From IMG/VR virus record IMGVR_UViG_3300043451_000090, positions 1 to 30,253 of that record: a DNA stretch of 30,253 bases. One strand, given 5' to 3'. Of the stretch, positions 1 to 7,118 are shown piece by piece. The notes under the pieces were generated by a model, which had not been told where the DNA came from, ran no database searches, and worked only from the letters and a program-made list of their open reading frames with translations. The position numbers were made by a program, and so were the translations under genes. The stretch is from a virus (taxonomy: Duplodnaviria; Caudoviricetes). Position 1 is the first letter of the stretch. Each line of letters starts with the position of its first letter.

Positions 1-127
1 GATAAGTACGATATTAAGTGGATTGAGGGAAAGAACAAGATTAACATTGGTGGGTTGTCACTATTTCACGGACACGAGTTCGGTAAGCAATTCTTACCAA
101 GTGTAAACGTAGCACGTGGGTTGTTTT
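1..127. repeat. Terminal direct repeat, left copy (circular assembly overlap)
   Basis: 1-127 is identical to 30127-30253, and an ORF reads continuously across the join. 127 is a common maximum assembler k-mer. Confidence 0.95.
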
Positions 128-360
128 TAAAGACCAAAGCAAATGCGATGTGTGGACATCATCACCAAACTGCTGAGCATACTGAACGTGATGTAAACGG
201 AAAGGTGATTACTTGTTGGGGTGTGGGTTGCTTAAGTGAATTGAGTCCTGACTATAACCCATATTCTAAATACAATCACGGATTCGCAATAATAACAAGA
301 GGCAATGGAAAAGAATTTCACGTTAAGAATTATCGCGTTAATGACGGTCGCATTTATTAG
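1..360 (+). CDS. Calcineurin-like metallophosphoesterase, 3' part
   Basis: FHGHE and CGHHH complete the metallophosphoesterase motif set. Stop TAG at 358-360. Confidence 0.88.
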   Translation, partial: DKYDIKWIEGKNKINIGGLSLFHGHEFGKQFLPSVNVARGLFLKTKANAMCGHHHQTAEHTERDVNGKVITCWGVGCLSELSPDYNPYSKYNHGFAIITRGNGKEFHVKNYRVNDGRIY

Positions 361-604
361 CGGTCTGTTCATTTGTCGTAGTTGTAATAAACCACAAGTT
401 CAAACTATTAGCCACAACGATACGATTGTTGTATTAAAGGCAACCATTGACACTTTGGAGGTGGAACGGATCAAAACCAAAACGATTTATGAAAAACAAA
501 TTGACACTATTTATATGCTTGATAGCATTGCCATTGATAGCGCATACGCAAAAGCAATCAACAGGCTTCAGCAACTCGAAGGTGCTGGATTCTTTAAGCA
601 TTGA
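305..604 (+). CDS. Putative spanin-like membrane protein
   Basis: N-terminal hydrophobic segment ending in Cys residues, followed by a coiled-coil-like region. Downstream of the lysis genes and overlapping the next ORF out of frame. Confidence 0.5.
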   Translation: MEKNFTLRIIALMTVAFISGLFICRSCNKPQVQTISHNDTIVVLKATIDTLEVERIKTKTIYEKQIDTIYMLDSIAIDSAYAKAINRLQQLEGAGFFKH

Positions 605-869
605 AAGGCGGTTAGTTGTACTTGGTGTCAAATCACTTGATTACTACATTCATTTAAACGACATCAATAGTCGTATAATTCGTACACAAAGTGAGGTTAT
701 TGTCTATAATGAGGGATATATAAGACAATTACAGGATGATTTGTCCCATTTAAAACAAGTTAATGAGGTTGAGATTAGGCGCAAAAAAAAGTGGCGAAAA
801 GCCACTCTTTATTCAGTTAGTTTGAATGTTTTGTTTATTGCAGGAACTTACTTATATTTGTCCCTGTAA
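489..869 (+). CDS. Putative spanin-like partner (signal peptide, coiled coil, C-terminal TM)
   Basis: Likely start MKNKLTLFICLIALPLIA. Basic stretch RRKKKWRK is followed by a hydrophobic C-terminus. Rz/Rz1-like overlap with 305-604. Confidence 0.5.
   Translation: MKNKLTLFICLIALPLIAHTQKQSTGFSNSKVLDSLSIERRLVVLGVKSLDYYIHLNDINSRIIRTQSEVIVYNEGYIRQLQDDLSHLKQVNEVEIRRKKKWRKATLYSVSLNVLFIAGTYLYLSL
830..860 (+). promoter_or_regulatory. Bacteroidota housekeeping-sigma promoter
   Basis: TTTG (830-833), 19 nt spacer, TATATTTG (853-860). Confidence 0.5.
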
Positions 870-880
870 ATTTGTGTTAT

Positions 881-920
881 AAATGGAGTGATTGGTAGGT
901 AGCCCACTCCATTTTTTTTT
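881..920 (+). terminator. Intrinsic terminator between the convergent blocks
   Basis: AAATGGAGTG / CACTCCATTT stem followed by a T run, at the point where the plus and minus blocks converge. Confidence 0.8.
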
Positions 921-1155
921 AGAATGTATGTTGAACTTGTCTTTTGGGGAAATCAATCAACTGGTCATAATTTGAATAAGCCTCAATAGGTTTAATATAA
1001 GTATAGAACCAATCATCAATTTTATTCATCCATTGAATTTTATCTGATTCATTCATTCCTTTGGTTAATGCCTCTTTGCATTGATGTAAATTTAGACCTG
1101 CAATATCCATTGTAATACACAATGAGTTTAAATTTATTTGTAATTCATCGTTCAT
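919..1155 (-). CDS. Hypothetical protein
   Basis: ATG ORF packed at the end of the minus-strand operon. Confidence 0.6.
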   Translation of the reverse strand: MNDELQINLNSLCITMDIAGLNLHQCKEALTKGMNESDKIQWMNKIDDWFYTYIKPIEAYSNYDQLIDFPKRQVQHTF

Positions 1156-1159
1156 TTTT

Positions 1160-1372
1160 TTACTTTTTTAAGTTCATAATTCTTTTTAAATAAATAGCCA
1201 TATCTAAGGCTTCTTCGTAAGCATGATGTAACCATTCTTTTTCCGATAGGTTAGCCTTATCAACGGTTGTTCCGTACTTCGCTCGTCCCATTTTCTCGCG
1301 TGAGATAAGGTCTGTGATGACTTCTTTGTAGACATCACTTTGGCAGTTGTCAAAATCGTGTGTTATATTCAT
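1160..1372 (-). CDS. Small phage protein, possibly MazG-like all-alpha NTP pyrophosphatase fold
   Basis: GRAKYGTT...WLHHAYEEALDMAIY pattern with an EExxD acidic helix. Confidence 0.5.
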   Translation of the reverse strand: MNITHDFDNCQSDVYKEVITDLISREKMGRAKYGTTVDKANLSEKEWLHHAYEEALDMAIYLKRIMNLKK

Positions 1373-1716
1373 TCTATTTCAATTTTAGGTTGTTTTTCTT
1401 TTGCATCTTGGATCAATTTAATTAGTTCTGGAAGCATCCAATATCCATAGGTTGCCATCTCATAAGTGAAATCTTCAAGGTGTTTAGTGATATCGGGCAA
1501 TGTCGCGCCATCAGTTTCCCAAAGCGCAGTAATTGTCTTACCGTGTTCACGTTGAATTGATTCATTTAACCGCTTCATTAGCATTTTAGTTTGATGATTA
1601 TAGAACCATTTGATTGGTTCGCATTCATCACTCGCGTAAAGTGTCGCTTGTGTCCACATCAACAAGTTTAACACCTTGATTTTTTCAAGGTCGGACTTCG
1701 ATAATTTGTTATTCAT
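1369..1716 (-). CDS. Hypothetical protein
   Basis: 115 aa, ATGA-coupled to both neighbours. Confidence 0.7.
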   Translation of the reverse strand: MNNKLSKSDLEKIKVLNLLMWTQATLYASDECEPIKWFYNHQTKMLMKRLNESIQREHGKTITALWETDGATLPDITKHLEDFTYEMATYGYWMLPELIKLIQDAKEKQPKIEIE

Positions 1717-2105
1717 ACCAAATCATTTAAATTAATTGTTTTGAAGTAGTCATTATGTTGCTTACCATAACTTTCCGCTTTGTATTTTGTATGGAAAGTT
1801 CTTGAAGCTATTATTTTATTATTAGGTTCAAGATACAAATTCACCCAAGATTCAACAACCTCTTCTTCGTATTGGAGTTGAAGGTCGAAACCGCTATAAG
1901 ATTTATTTAATCTAAAATGACCACTTTCAGTCCAACGAATTAACGTGACACCACCTTCAACACCCATTAATACAGGTAATAATGGTAGTCTTTCAAACTT
2001 AGTAAGTTGAGTTACTTCATCACCATCACGAGTTACAACTTTATACTTGTCTCTATTTGAGTTGTATTCTTCCCAATCAAATGGGATTGTTTTTATCTGT
2101 TTCAT
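1713..2105 (-). CDS. Hypothetical phage protein
   Basis: ATG at 2105 (MKQIKTIPFD...KVVTRDG), a pattern typical of small phage accessory proteins. Confidence 0.7.
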   Translation of the reverse strand: MKQIKTIPFDWEEYNSNRDKYKVVTRDGDEVTQLTKFERLPLLPVLMGVEGGVTLIRWTESGHFRLNKSYSGFDLQLQYEEEVVESWVNLYLEPNNKIIASRTFHTKYKAESYGKQHNDYFKTINLNDLV

Positions 2106-2106
2106 T

Positions 2107-2235
2107 TTACTGTTGTTTTTCAAATTCTTTTAATAGTTTATCAGCCATTTCAACTGATGCTTTTACAATTCCATCCATAGATTGATCCAATGCTAAGACG
2201 GAAACTTCCAATTGTTCGCATCTACTTTTATCCAT
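2107..2235 (-). CDS. Short ORF or gene remnant (42 aa)
   Basis: MDKSRCEQLEVSVLALDQSMDGIVKASVEMADKLLKEFEKQQ. The C-terminus resembles the common phage 'AVxMADALLxEL' small-protein ending. Confidence 0.4.
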   Translation of the reverse strand: MDKSRCEQLEVSVLALDQSMDGIVKASVEMADKLLKEFEKQQ

Positions 2236-2561
2236 CCTGCATTTAATCTACCTTGTTCGACAAGCTCAGACATATATTCATACATCTTTTCGTTGCTTTC
2301 GTATCTCCTAACAAGTTCATACCAATTATCAATAAAAGGCTTCCATATCGGACAAGTTTCTTTTATTTTACGCAAATCCGCATCAGATAATTTACACTCC
2401 TTCCAAAGCGTATAGCACCTACTAAAATCATCCTTATCATAAGGTATTTCAACTCGGAACTTTTTTATGTTTTCGGCATTTAGCGTTCCTGTAACTACTG
2501 CCCACATTGTTTTTGAACTCATACCTACGTGTCCAAATACTATCCACTCGTTTAAAGTCAT
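2193..2561 (-). CDS. Hypothetical protein adjacent to the attC-like site
   Basis: ATG at 2561 (MTLNEWIVFGHVGMSSKTMW...PYDKDDFSRC). Confidence 0.75.
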   Translation of the reverse strand: MTLNEWIVFGHVGMSSKTMWAVVTGTLNAENIKKFRVEIPYDKDDFSRCYTLWKECKLSDADLRKIKETCPIWKPFIDNWYELVRRYESNEKMYEYMSELVEQGRLNAGWIKVDANNWKFPS

Positions 2562-2597
2562 ATTTCTGTTTATAATTTGTTCGACAAAAAGCACTGG

Positions 2598-2700
2598 GCA
2601 TAACAGCGCCTTAGCGTCAGTTTTTGGCTATTTAGTTTGGTGGTAACTTGAAGCATTTCGGTAAGCCAAAAACCGAACGCCAAGCTGCAAAAAGTTATCG
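2598..2700 (+). mobile_element. attC-like (integron cassette-type) imperfect palindrome
   Basis: Core sites GCATAAC ... GTTATCG. Arms CTTAGCGTCAGTTTTTGGCT / AGCCAAAAACCGAACGCCAAG. Confidence 0.65.
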
Positions 2701-3123
2701 GCTATTTATAAGACACTCCCAAATCCTAACAAATTCAGACCTATCCATTTTTGACATATTAAAGTGCATATTCAATCCAAAGAAAAAATAAATGCACAGA
2801 CAATTATGATTAATAATCAATAAAATGTAGCCAATAAGCCAACCAATTATAGGAGCAGAAATTATTATTAATGATACCAGTTTATACCTGCATTCAAAAT
2901 TAAATTGACAATCCCAATGCAAGTTTTTATTAGCAATCCAAACTTTGAAATGTGATTTATTCCAGTTTATTTTATCAATAAAGCCGTAAAAAATAAACAT
3001 TGCAAGTAAATGACATGCTTCGTGATATAAGTGTGCAGGAAAATTAAAAACAGACCAAACAGCCGATAACATTTGCTTTGTGTAAATTTGGGCTGACACC
3101 TGACCTTCAACATTTGTACTCAT
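2695..3123 (-). CDS. Cassette-borne membrane protein with HExxH motif (possible zinc metalloprotease-like)
   Basis: YHEACH motif and hydrophobic segments. The stop codon lies in the GTTA core, and the start lies in a second, partial attC-like site. Confidence 0.6.
   Translation of the reverse strand: MSTNVEGQVSAQIYTKQMLSAVWSVFNFPAHLYHEACHLLAMFIFYGFIDKINWNKSHFKVWIANKNLHWDCQFNFECRYKLVSLIIISAPIIGWLIGYILLIINHNCLCIYFFFGLNMHFNMSKMDRSEFVRIWECLINSR
3061..3123 (+). mobile_element. Truncated second attC-like site (left arm only)
   Basis: AGCCGATAAC (3061-3070) is the exact reverse complement of GTTATCGGCT (2694-2703). No complete right arm was seen. Confidence 0.45.
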
Positions 3124-3206
3124 ATTTTGTCAATCCAAACGGATACAGCTATTCCCAAAAGCATTACAATAGCCAATATAATAAAAGTCATTATTAAAGC
3201 TATCAT
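3120..3206 (-). CDS. Small hydrophobic protein (28 aa)
   Basis: MIALIMTFIILAIVMLLGIAVSVWIDKI, ATGA-coupled on both sides. Confidence 0.5.
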   Translation of the reverse strand: MIALIMTFIILAIVMLLGIAVSVWIDKI

Positions 3207-3352
3207 ATCTCCTCCTTTATTTGTTGGCTTAACATTTCAAGGGCATATCTTGCGCCTTCGATAAACGCGAAATAACGTGCGTTGTCCATTTGTTCACCGT
3301 TGTACATCGCGTGAATTTCCGCTTTCATTTTGATTAGTTTGTGTAGTTCCAT
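3203..3352 (-). CDS. Small hypothetical protein (49 aa)
   Basis: MELHKLIKMKAEIH...AFIEGARYAL, with an A-rich leader. Confidence 0.55.
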   Translation of the reverse strand: MELHKLIKMKAEIHAMYNGEQMDNARYFAFIEGARYALEMLSQQIKEEI

Positions 3353-3370
3353 AGTTTGTTTTTAAAAGTT

Positions 3371-3449
3371 TGCAGTCAGGACAGGATTCGAACCTGTATT
3401 GTTATCAGTGCTTATTGCTAATAGCGTCTACCAATTCCGCCACCTGACT
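3371..3449 (-). tRNA. tRNA-like element 1 (Leu-type D arm, non-canonical 9-nt anticodon loop)
   Basis: Acceptor AGTCAGG/CCTGACT, D arm GCGGAATTGGTAGACGC, T arm ACAGG-TTCGAAT-CCTGT, loop CAATAAGCA. Confidence 0.75.
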
Positions 3450-3503
3450 ATGGTGGAGGGATTGCTTTTTTATAGAAGAGCTCGCCCACCTCAGAACTTC
3501 TTT

Positions 3504-3611
3504 TGCAGTCAGGGTAGGAATCGAACCTACTTAAGCTTTATCCTTCAGAGTGCCATTAGCTGTTAATCTCAACCTGGATTGTGCTGCGCTTACCAATTCC
3601 GCCACCCGACT
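3504..3611 (-). ncRNA. tRNA-like element 2 (extended hairpin in place of the anticodon arm)
   Basis: Acceptor AGTCGGG/CCTGACT, D arm GCGGAATTGGTAAGCGC, T arm GTAGG-TTCGATT-CCTAC, ~55 nt central region. Confidence 0.7.
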
Positions 3612-3618
3612 ATTTTGG

Positions 3619-3626
3619 CAAATATA
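3619..3626 (-). promoter_or_regulatory. Bacteroidota -7 box upstream of the tRNA-like pair
   Basis: TATATTTG ends 7 nt before the 5' end of element 2. No clear -33 box. Confidence 0.55.
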
Positions 3627-3635
3627 ATTATTTTT

Positions 3636-4925
3636 TTATTGAAAGGCATATTTTCCGAAATTTCTTTTTAATTCGTAGAATGCCCTCATCATTATAGCAT
3701 CAGCAAAGTCGGGACTTAATCCGTGTCGCTTCTTTAAATCTTCTTTGTTAGTCACTCGCAGTTTACCATCACTATCCAGTTTCTCGCGCCTTACCATTTC
3801 TAACTCCTTTACAATCGTGTCCTTGTAAGTTGGTTCAAATGTGATCAGGTTATTCGTGATTAGTTCGCCAAGTTTAAAATAACAATCGGATTTCAAGTTT
3901 AAATAGTTGTCACGAACTGCTTTTGATCCGTTCAAGAATCCTTTACATCTGATGTAATCAACCGCACCTCCGCCAATTCCATCTTCATCCACCAATACAT
4001 TGGACAATAATACACCATTGCTTTGTGCCATTTGTCTAATCGTATCCACTACTTCATTTATTGGCTTGTGTTTTAACACTACAAATTTATCAGCGTGTAG
4101 TCCATCCCATAACACGATGACCGTTCTATCATCCCCCATCCGTGCAATATCCGCAGTTATGTACTTGGTTGTGTTCTTTTGTTGTGGCTCTCTAAAACAA
4201 CGCAATAAATCATCGTAATGGTAAAGTCTATCTTGTGTTTCGTCATAGTCCCAATCACCATCTAAAAGCCTTTTGCGGTCAATCTCGGGTAACATTCGCA
4301 AGTTCTCGAGATACACTGGCGAGATATGTGGGTTATCTGTTGGCAAGGCTTGGATAAACTCTCTATCTTGCCTTAAAGTTCCATTACGTTTTGCATCGTA
4401 GAACTCATTGTATAACCATCCTTTATGTGGGTTGCAGGTTAGTAATCCTTTCGGCTTATCATTTATAAGTTTGTAACGCACACGAGAGGCTAAAATAGCT
4501 ATACACTTTTCGCTAACCTCACCTGCTTCATCTACAAAATAATCGGTTATCTCTAATGAACCAAACCTTTGGAACTCGGGGTCACTCGGCATATCTGCCA
4601 AATCCATCAATATCGTTTGACTGCCATTGAACCAATTTATAACGTGGTCTTGACCGTTGTATGTATAGTGTTTACCTGCAACTAATCCATAGTTAGCGCA
4701 CAACTCAAAGAAGGTAGCCATTGTACTCAATCGCAACTTCTTTAATTCTGCACGACCTATTAAACCGCGTGTTCCTGCGTACTTTAATCGTCTCTTTATT
4801 TGCCAATCGCAACCGAGAAACGACTTTCCTGATCCTGCAGAACCACCATATAACACCTGCCACTTATCCGAATCAATGGACAAGTGGTTCAAGGCTTCTT
4901 TTTGTTTATCGTGGAATTGTATCAT
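3636..4925 (-). CDS. terL: Terminase large subunit
   Basis: Walker A GGSAGSGKS, Walker B YFVDEAGE, coupling motif LTCNP, nuclease ADIARMGDD, DEDGIGGG and SPDFADA. Confidence 0.93.
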   Translation of the reverse strand: MIQFHDKQKEALNHLSIDSDKWQVLYGGSAGSGKSFLGCDWQIKRRLKYAGTRGLIGRAELKKLRLSTMATFFELCANYGLVAGKHYTYNGQDHVINWFNGSQTILMDLADMPSDPEFQRFGSLEITDYFVDEAGEVSEKCIAILASRVRYKLINDKPKGLLTCNPHKGWLYNEFYDAKRNGTLRQDREFIQALPTDNPHISPVYLENLRMLPEIDRKRLLDGDWDYDETQDRLYHYDDLLRCFREPQQKNTTKYITADIARMGDDRTVIVLWDGLHADKFVVLKHKPINEVVDTIRQMAQSNGVLLSNVLVDEDGIGGGAVDYIRCKGFLNGSKAVRDNYLNLKSDCYFKLGELITNNLITFEPTYKDTIVKELEMVRREKLDSDGKLRVTNKEDLKKRHGLSPDFADAIMMRAFYELKRNFGKYAFQ

Positions 4926-5087
4926 ACTTTTTTAAATACTAATATATTTTGATGAACCTTAACTAATTTTTGATTTTTCATATTACCGTTGGCTCTCATA
5001 CTTGCACTTGCAATAGCATTTAAAAGTATTGCTTCATTATAAAATTTCATCTTTAATAATTGGTTGACCAAATAAATCGTATTCCAT
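4922..5087 (-). pseudogene. Probable internally deleted DNA methyltransferase relic
   Basis: MEYDLFGQPIIKDEIL* (from 5087) overlaps out of frame with MKFYNEAILLNAIASASMRANGNMKNQKLVKVHQNILVFKKV* (5050-4922), which resembles a phage MTase C-terminus. Confidence 0.55.
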
Positions 5088-5091
5088 AATT

Positions 5092-5865
5092 TTAAATTTT
5101 TTCAATTATTCTTTTTTGCAAAATGTGACTATCCATTATATCCGCGTAAAGGTGTCGCATTATTCCTTGTCTCACATCGTGTTCAAAGTCCGATTTCTCT
5201 TTTGACTTCATCCGTGTAATCGCAAAGTTTGACAGGTTGCGTTCGTTTGTTAGTTCTTGGTAAGACAGGAAACGAAACTTTTTCCAATCTTCATCCGACC
5301 ACCATTCAACGTTTATCAATTCTCTTTTTTCTAACATCCGCATCATTGATGGCGCGAGTAAACTAACTTCCATTCTCTTTCCATCTTTCCACCTTTGGAT
5401 ATCAGTCAAAAACATTTCTTTGAAATCTACTGGCTCATCGTCTTGCGTTGTTGTACCGATTACCAACTTCGCCTTCTTTCTTTCGATGTCCAAGTTCATT
5501 TGCATCTTGTAGACCTTATACGCGTTTAATACATCACTTAAGAATTGAATGGACATCAAGCCATAGTGTTCCACACGTTTCCACGTTTGACCAACTGCGT
5601 TTAGTTGAAATGCTAAACCAAGTTCACCTATCGTAAAGAACCTGTAGAACTGTTGCGTTGTGTCGTATAACAACTGCGTTTCTTCGGCTGAAGGTAATTC
5701 TTTGATTCCACTTATAACGATTCCTTTTGCTATTAAAGCCTTGAACATTGGTAACGTGCTGTCTTGAATTTGAGTTTGTTCAAGCGCATGTAAATAGGCT
5801 TTTTCATCAACCGTTAAGCCATTGTTGTAAGTCTGCCCTTTGTACTCGACCAAGTTTTGATTCAT
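5092..5865 (-). CDS. Hypothetical protein, possibly helicase-loader-like replication accessory
   Basis: 257 aa directly downstream of the initiator-like gene. Function is inferred from position only. Confidence 0.5.
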   Translation of the reverse strand: MNQNLVEYKGQTYNNGLTVDEKAYLHALEQTQIQDSTLPMFKALIAKGIVISGIKELPSAEETQLLYDTTQQFYRFFTIGELGLAFQLNAVGQTWKRVEHYGLMSIQFLSDVLNAYKVYKMQMNLDIERKKAKLVIGTTTQDDEPVDFKEMFLTDIQRWKDGKRMEVSLLAPSMMRMLEKRELINVEWWSDEDWKKFRFLSYQELTNERNLSNFAITRMKSKEKSDFEHDVRQGIMRHLYADIMDSHILQKRIIEKI

Positions 5866-6184
5866 AGTTATTGTTTTTAGTTGTTACAAATTCGTGAAGT
5901 TTCCAAGCGGAACGCATTGCAGCCTTCCAATCTTTCATTTTCTTTTTGCCATAGTACCAATTAGTATTGGTGTAATGGCTTATAAATACTTCTGCAAAGT
6001 TAAGCGCATCATCAGAACACGCAAACGGAATGCGCTCCAAAAAGTATTCCCCCACCTGTTCCATTGTCGGAGGCGAAAATGATGTTTTCGGTGTCTTGCA
6101 CTTCGAGGATATCAACTGCTCTTCGAGTAATTGTACCCTTAAGGTCAAGGATTTTAAGGCTTGTTCTAATTGTTCGTTGGTCAT
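5807..6184 (-). CDS. Replication initiator-like C-terminal domain protein
   Basis: FSPPTMEQV...FISHYTNTNWYYGKKKMKDWKAAMR pattern, typical of Bacteroidota phage replication proteins. Confidence 0.65.
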   Translation of the reverse strand: MTNEQLEQALKSLTLRVQLLEEQLISSKCKTPKTSFSPPTMEQVGEYFLERIPFACSDDALNFAEVFISHYTNTNWYYGKKKMKDWKAAMRSAWKLHEFVTTKNNNYESKLGRVQRADLQQWLNG

Positions 6185-6635
6185 TAAGTCGTTGTTTTAA
6201 AATACTACAATCATATTCGTTATCCAGTAACAACATTGCCTCGTCAATATAGGCACGGTAGATGGCATCCACTTTGTAAAGGTCAACCATTTTCTTTACC
6301 GCGTGTAGAATGGTTGCGTGGTCTTTACCACCTATTATTTGTCCTATCTTGGCAAGCGAATTGTTTGTTCCTGCGTAAATTAATAAGGTCGCAATATAAC
6401 GCGCATCGATTATAAATCGTTCACGTGACCGAGAAAAAAACTGTTTACGTGTAACATCGTGCGTTCTACATAGTAAGTCAATCACTTTATCCTCAAACGA
6501 ATAGACATAGTTTTCTTCCTTCTCAATAATCATTCGTTGTAACTCCTTCGCGTTCTCATTTGTGAACACGTTTAGGAATTCTCGGTAATTTTTGATTCGG
6601 TACCTGTCCAAAAATTGTATTAAAGAATTACTCAT
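6012..6635 (-). CDS. DnaA domain IV (Bac_DnaA_C)-like DNA-binding protein
   Basis: SRSRERFIIDAR...SLAKIGQIIGGKDHATILHA matches the DnaA signature (IG..FG.RDHTTVLHA). No AAA+ domain. Confidence 0.8.
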   Translation of the reverse strand: MSNSLIQFLDRYRIKNYREFLNVFTNENAKELQRMIIEKEENYVYSFEDKVIDLLCRTHDVTRKQFFSRSRERFIIDARYIATLLIYAGTNNSLAKIGQIIGGKDHATILHAVKKMVDLYKVDAIYRAYIDEAMLLLDNEYDCSILKQRLNDQRTIRTSLKILDLKGTITRRAVDILEVQDTENIIFASDNGTGGGILFGAHSVCVF

Positions 6636-6895
6636 TTGTCACCTCCTTTGATTTTATCTCTCATCCATTCAACACCTTGAATAAAAATGCTTCTAAAATA
6701 GATATTTCCATCCATCATTTCATTTCCAAATTTTTCCATAGAAATAGGATATTGTTCTTTTGCTAATTCATATATATCCTCATCCGTTGGTAGTTGGATT
6801 GGGATAAATCGCTCCATTACTTCTTCGTGAGTTAATCCACGTCCTAATTCATACGATTGAATCATTTGCTCTTCTGTGTATAGCTTACTCATCAC
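6632..6895 (-). CDS. Hypothetical phage protein
   Basis: PIQLPTDEDI...FIQGVEWMRDKI pattern, coupled to neighbours. Confidence 0.65.
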   Translation of the reverse strand: MMSKLYTEEQMIQSYELGRGLTHEEVMERFIPIQLPTDEDIYELAKEQYPISMEKFGNEMMDGNIYFRSIFIQGVEWMRDKIKGGDK

Positions 6896-7118
6896 CTTCG
6901 TTTTTTATTGTTCTTTTTTCGCTTTCTAAAATTAGTTCTACAATCTCCTTTGAACTGATGCCAGTGTACTTACTTATCTTGGTAATATCGCAAATATGCA
7001 TCAACATCGGGTAGCGTGTCCACTTTTGCGCCTGTGGATAACTGATGTTCATTGCCTTCGCAAGGCTCGGCGTAGTGCCGAACCAAGCGAAAACAAAAAG
7101 TTCCCATTTACTTTTCAT
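6885..7118 (-). CDS. Small HTH (Cro/XRE-like) regulator
   Basis: FGTTPSLAKAMNISYPQAQKW is HTH-like. Confidence 0.55.
   Translation of the reverse strand: MKSKWELFVFAWFGTTPSLAKAMNISYPQAQKWTRYPMLMHICDITKISKYTGISSKEIVELILESEKRTIKNEGDE

Noticed and set aside
3371-3449. Functional tRNA-Leu(TAA)
   Set aside because: The loop is 9 nt, U33 is missing and there is no long variable arm. Kept only as tRNA-like.
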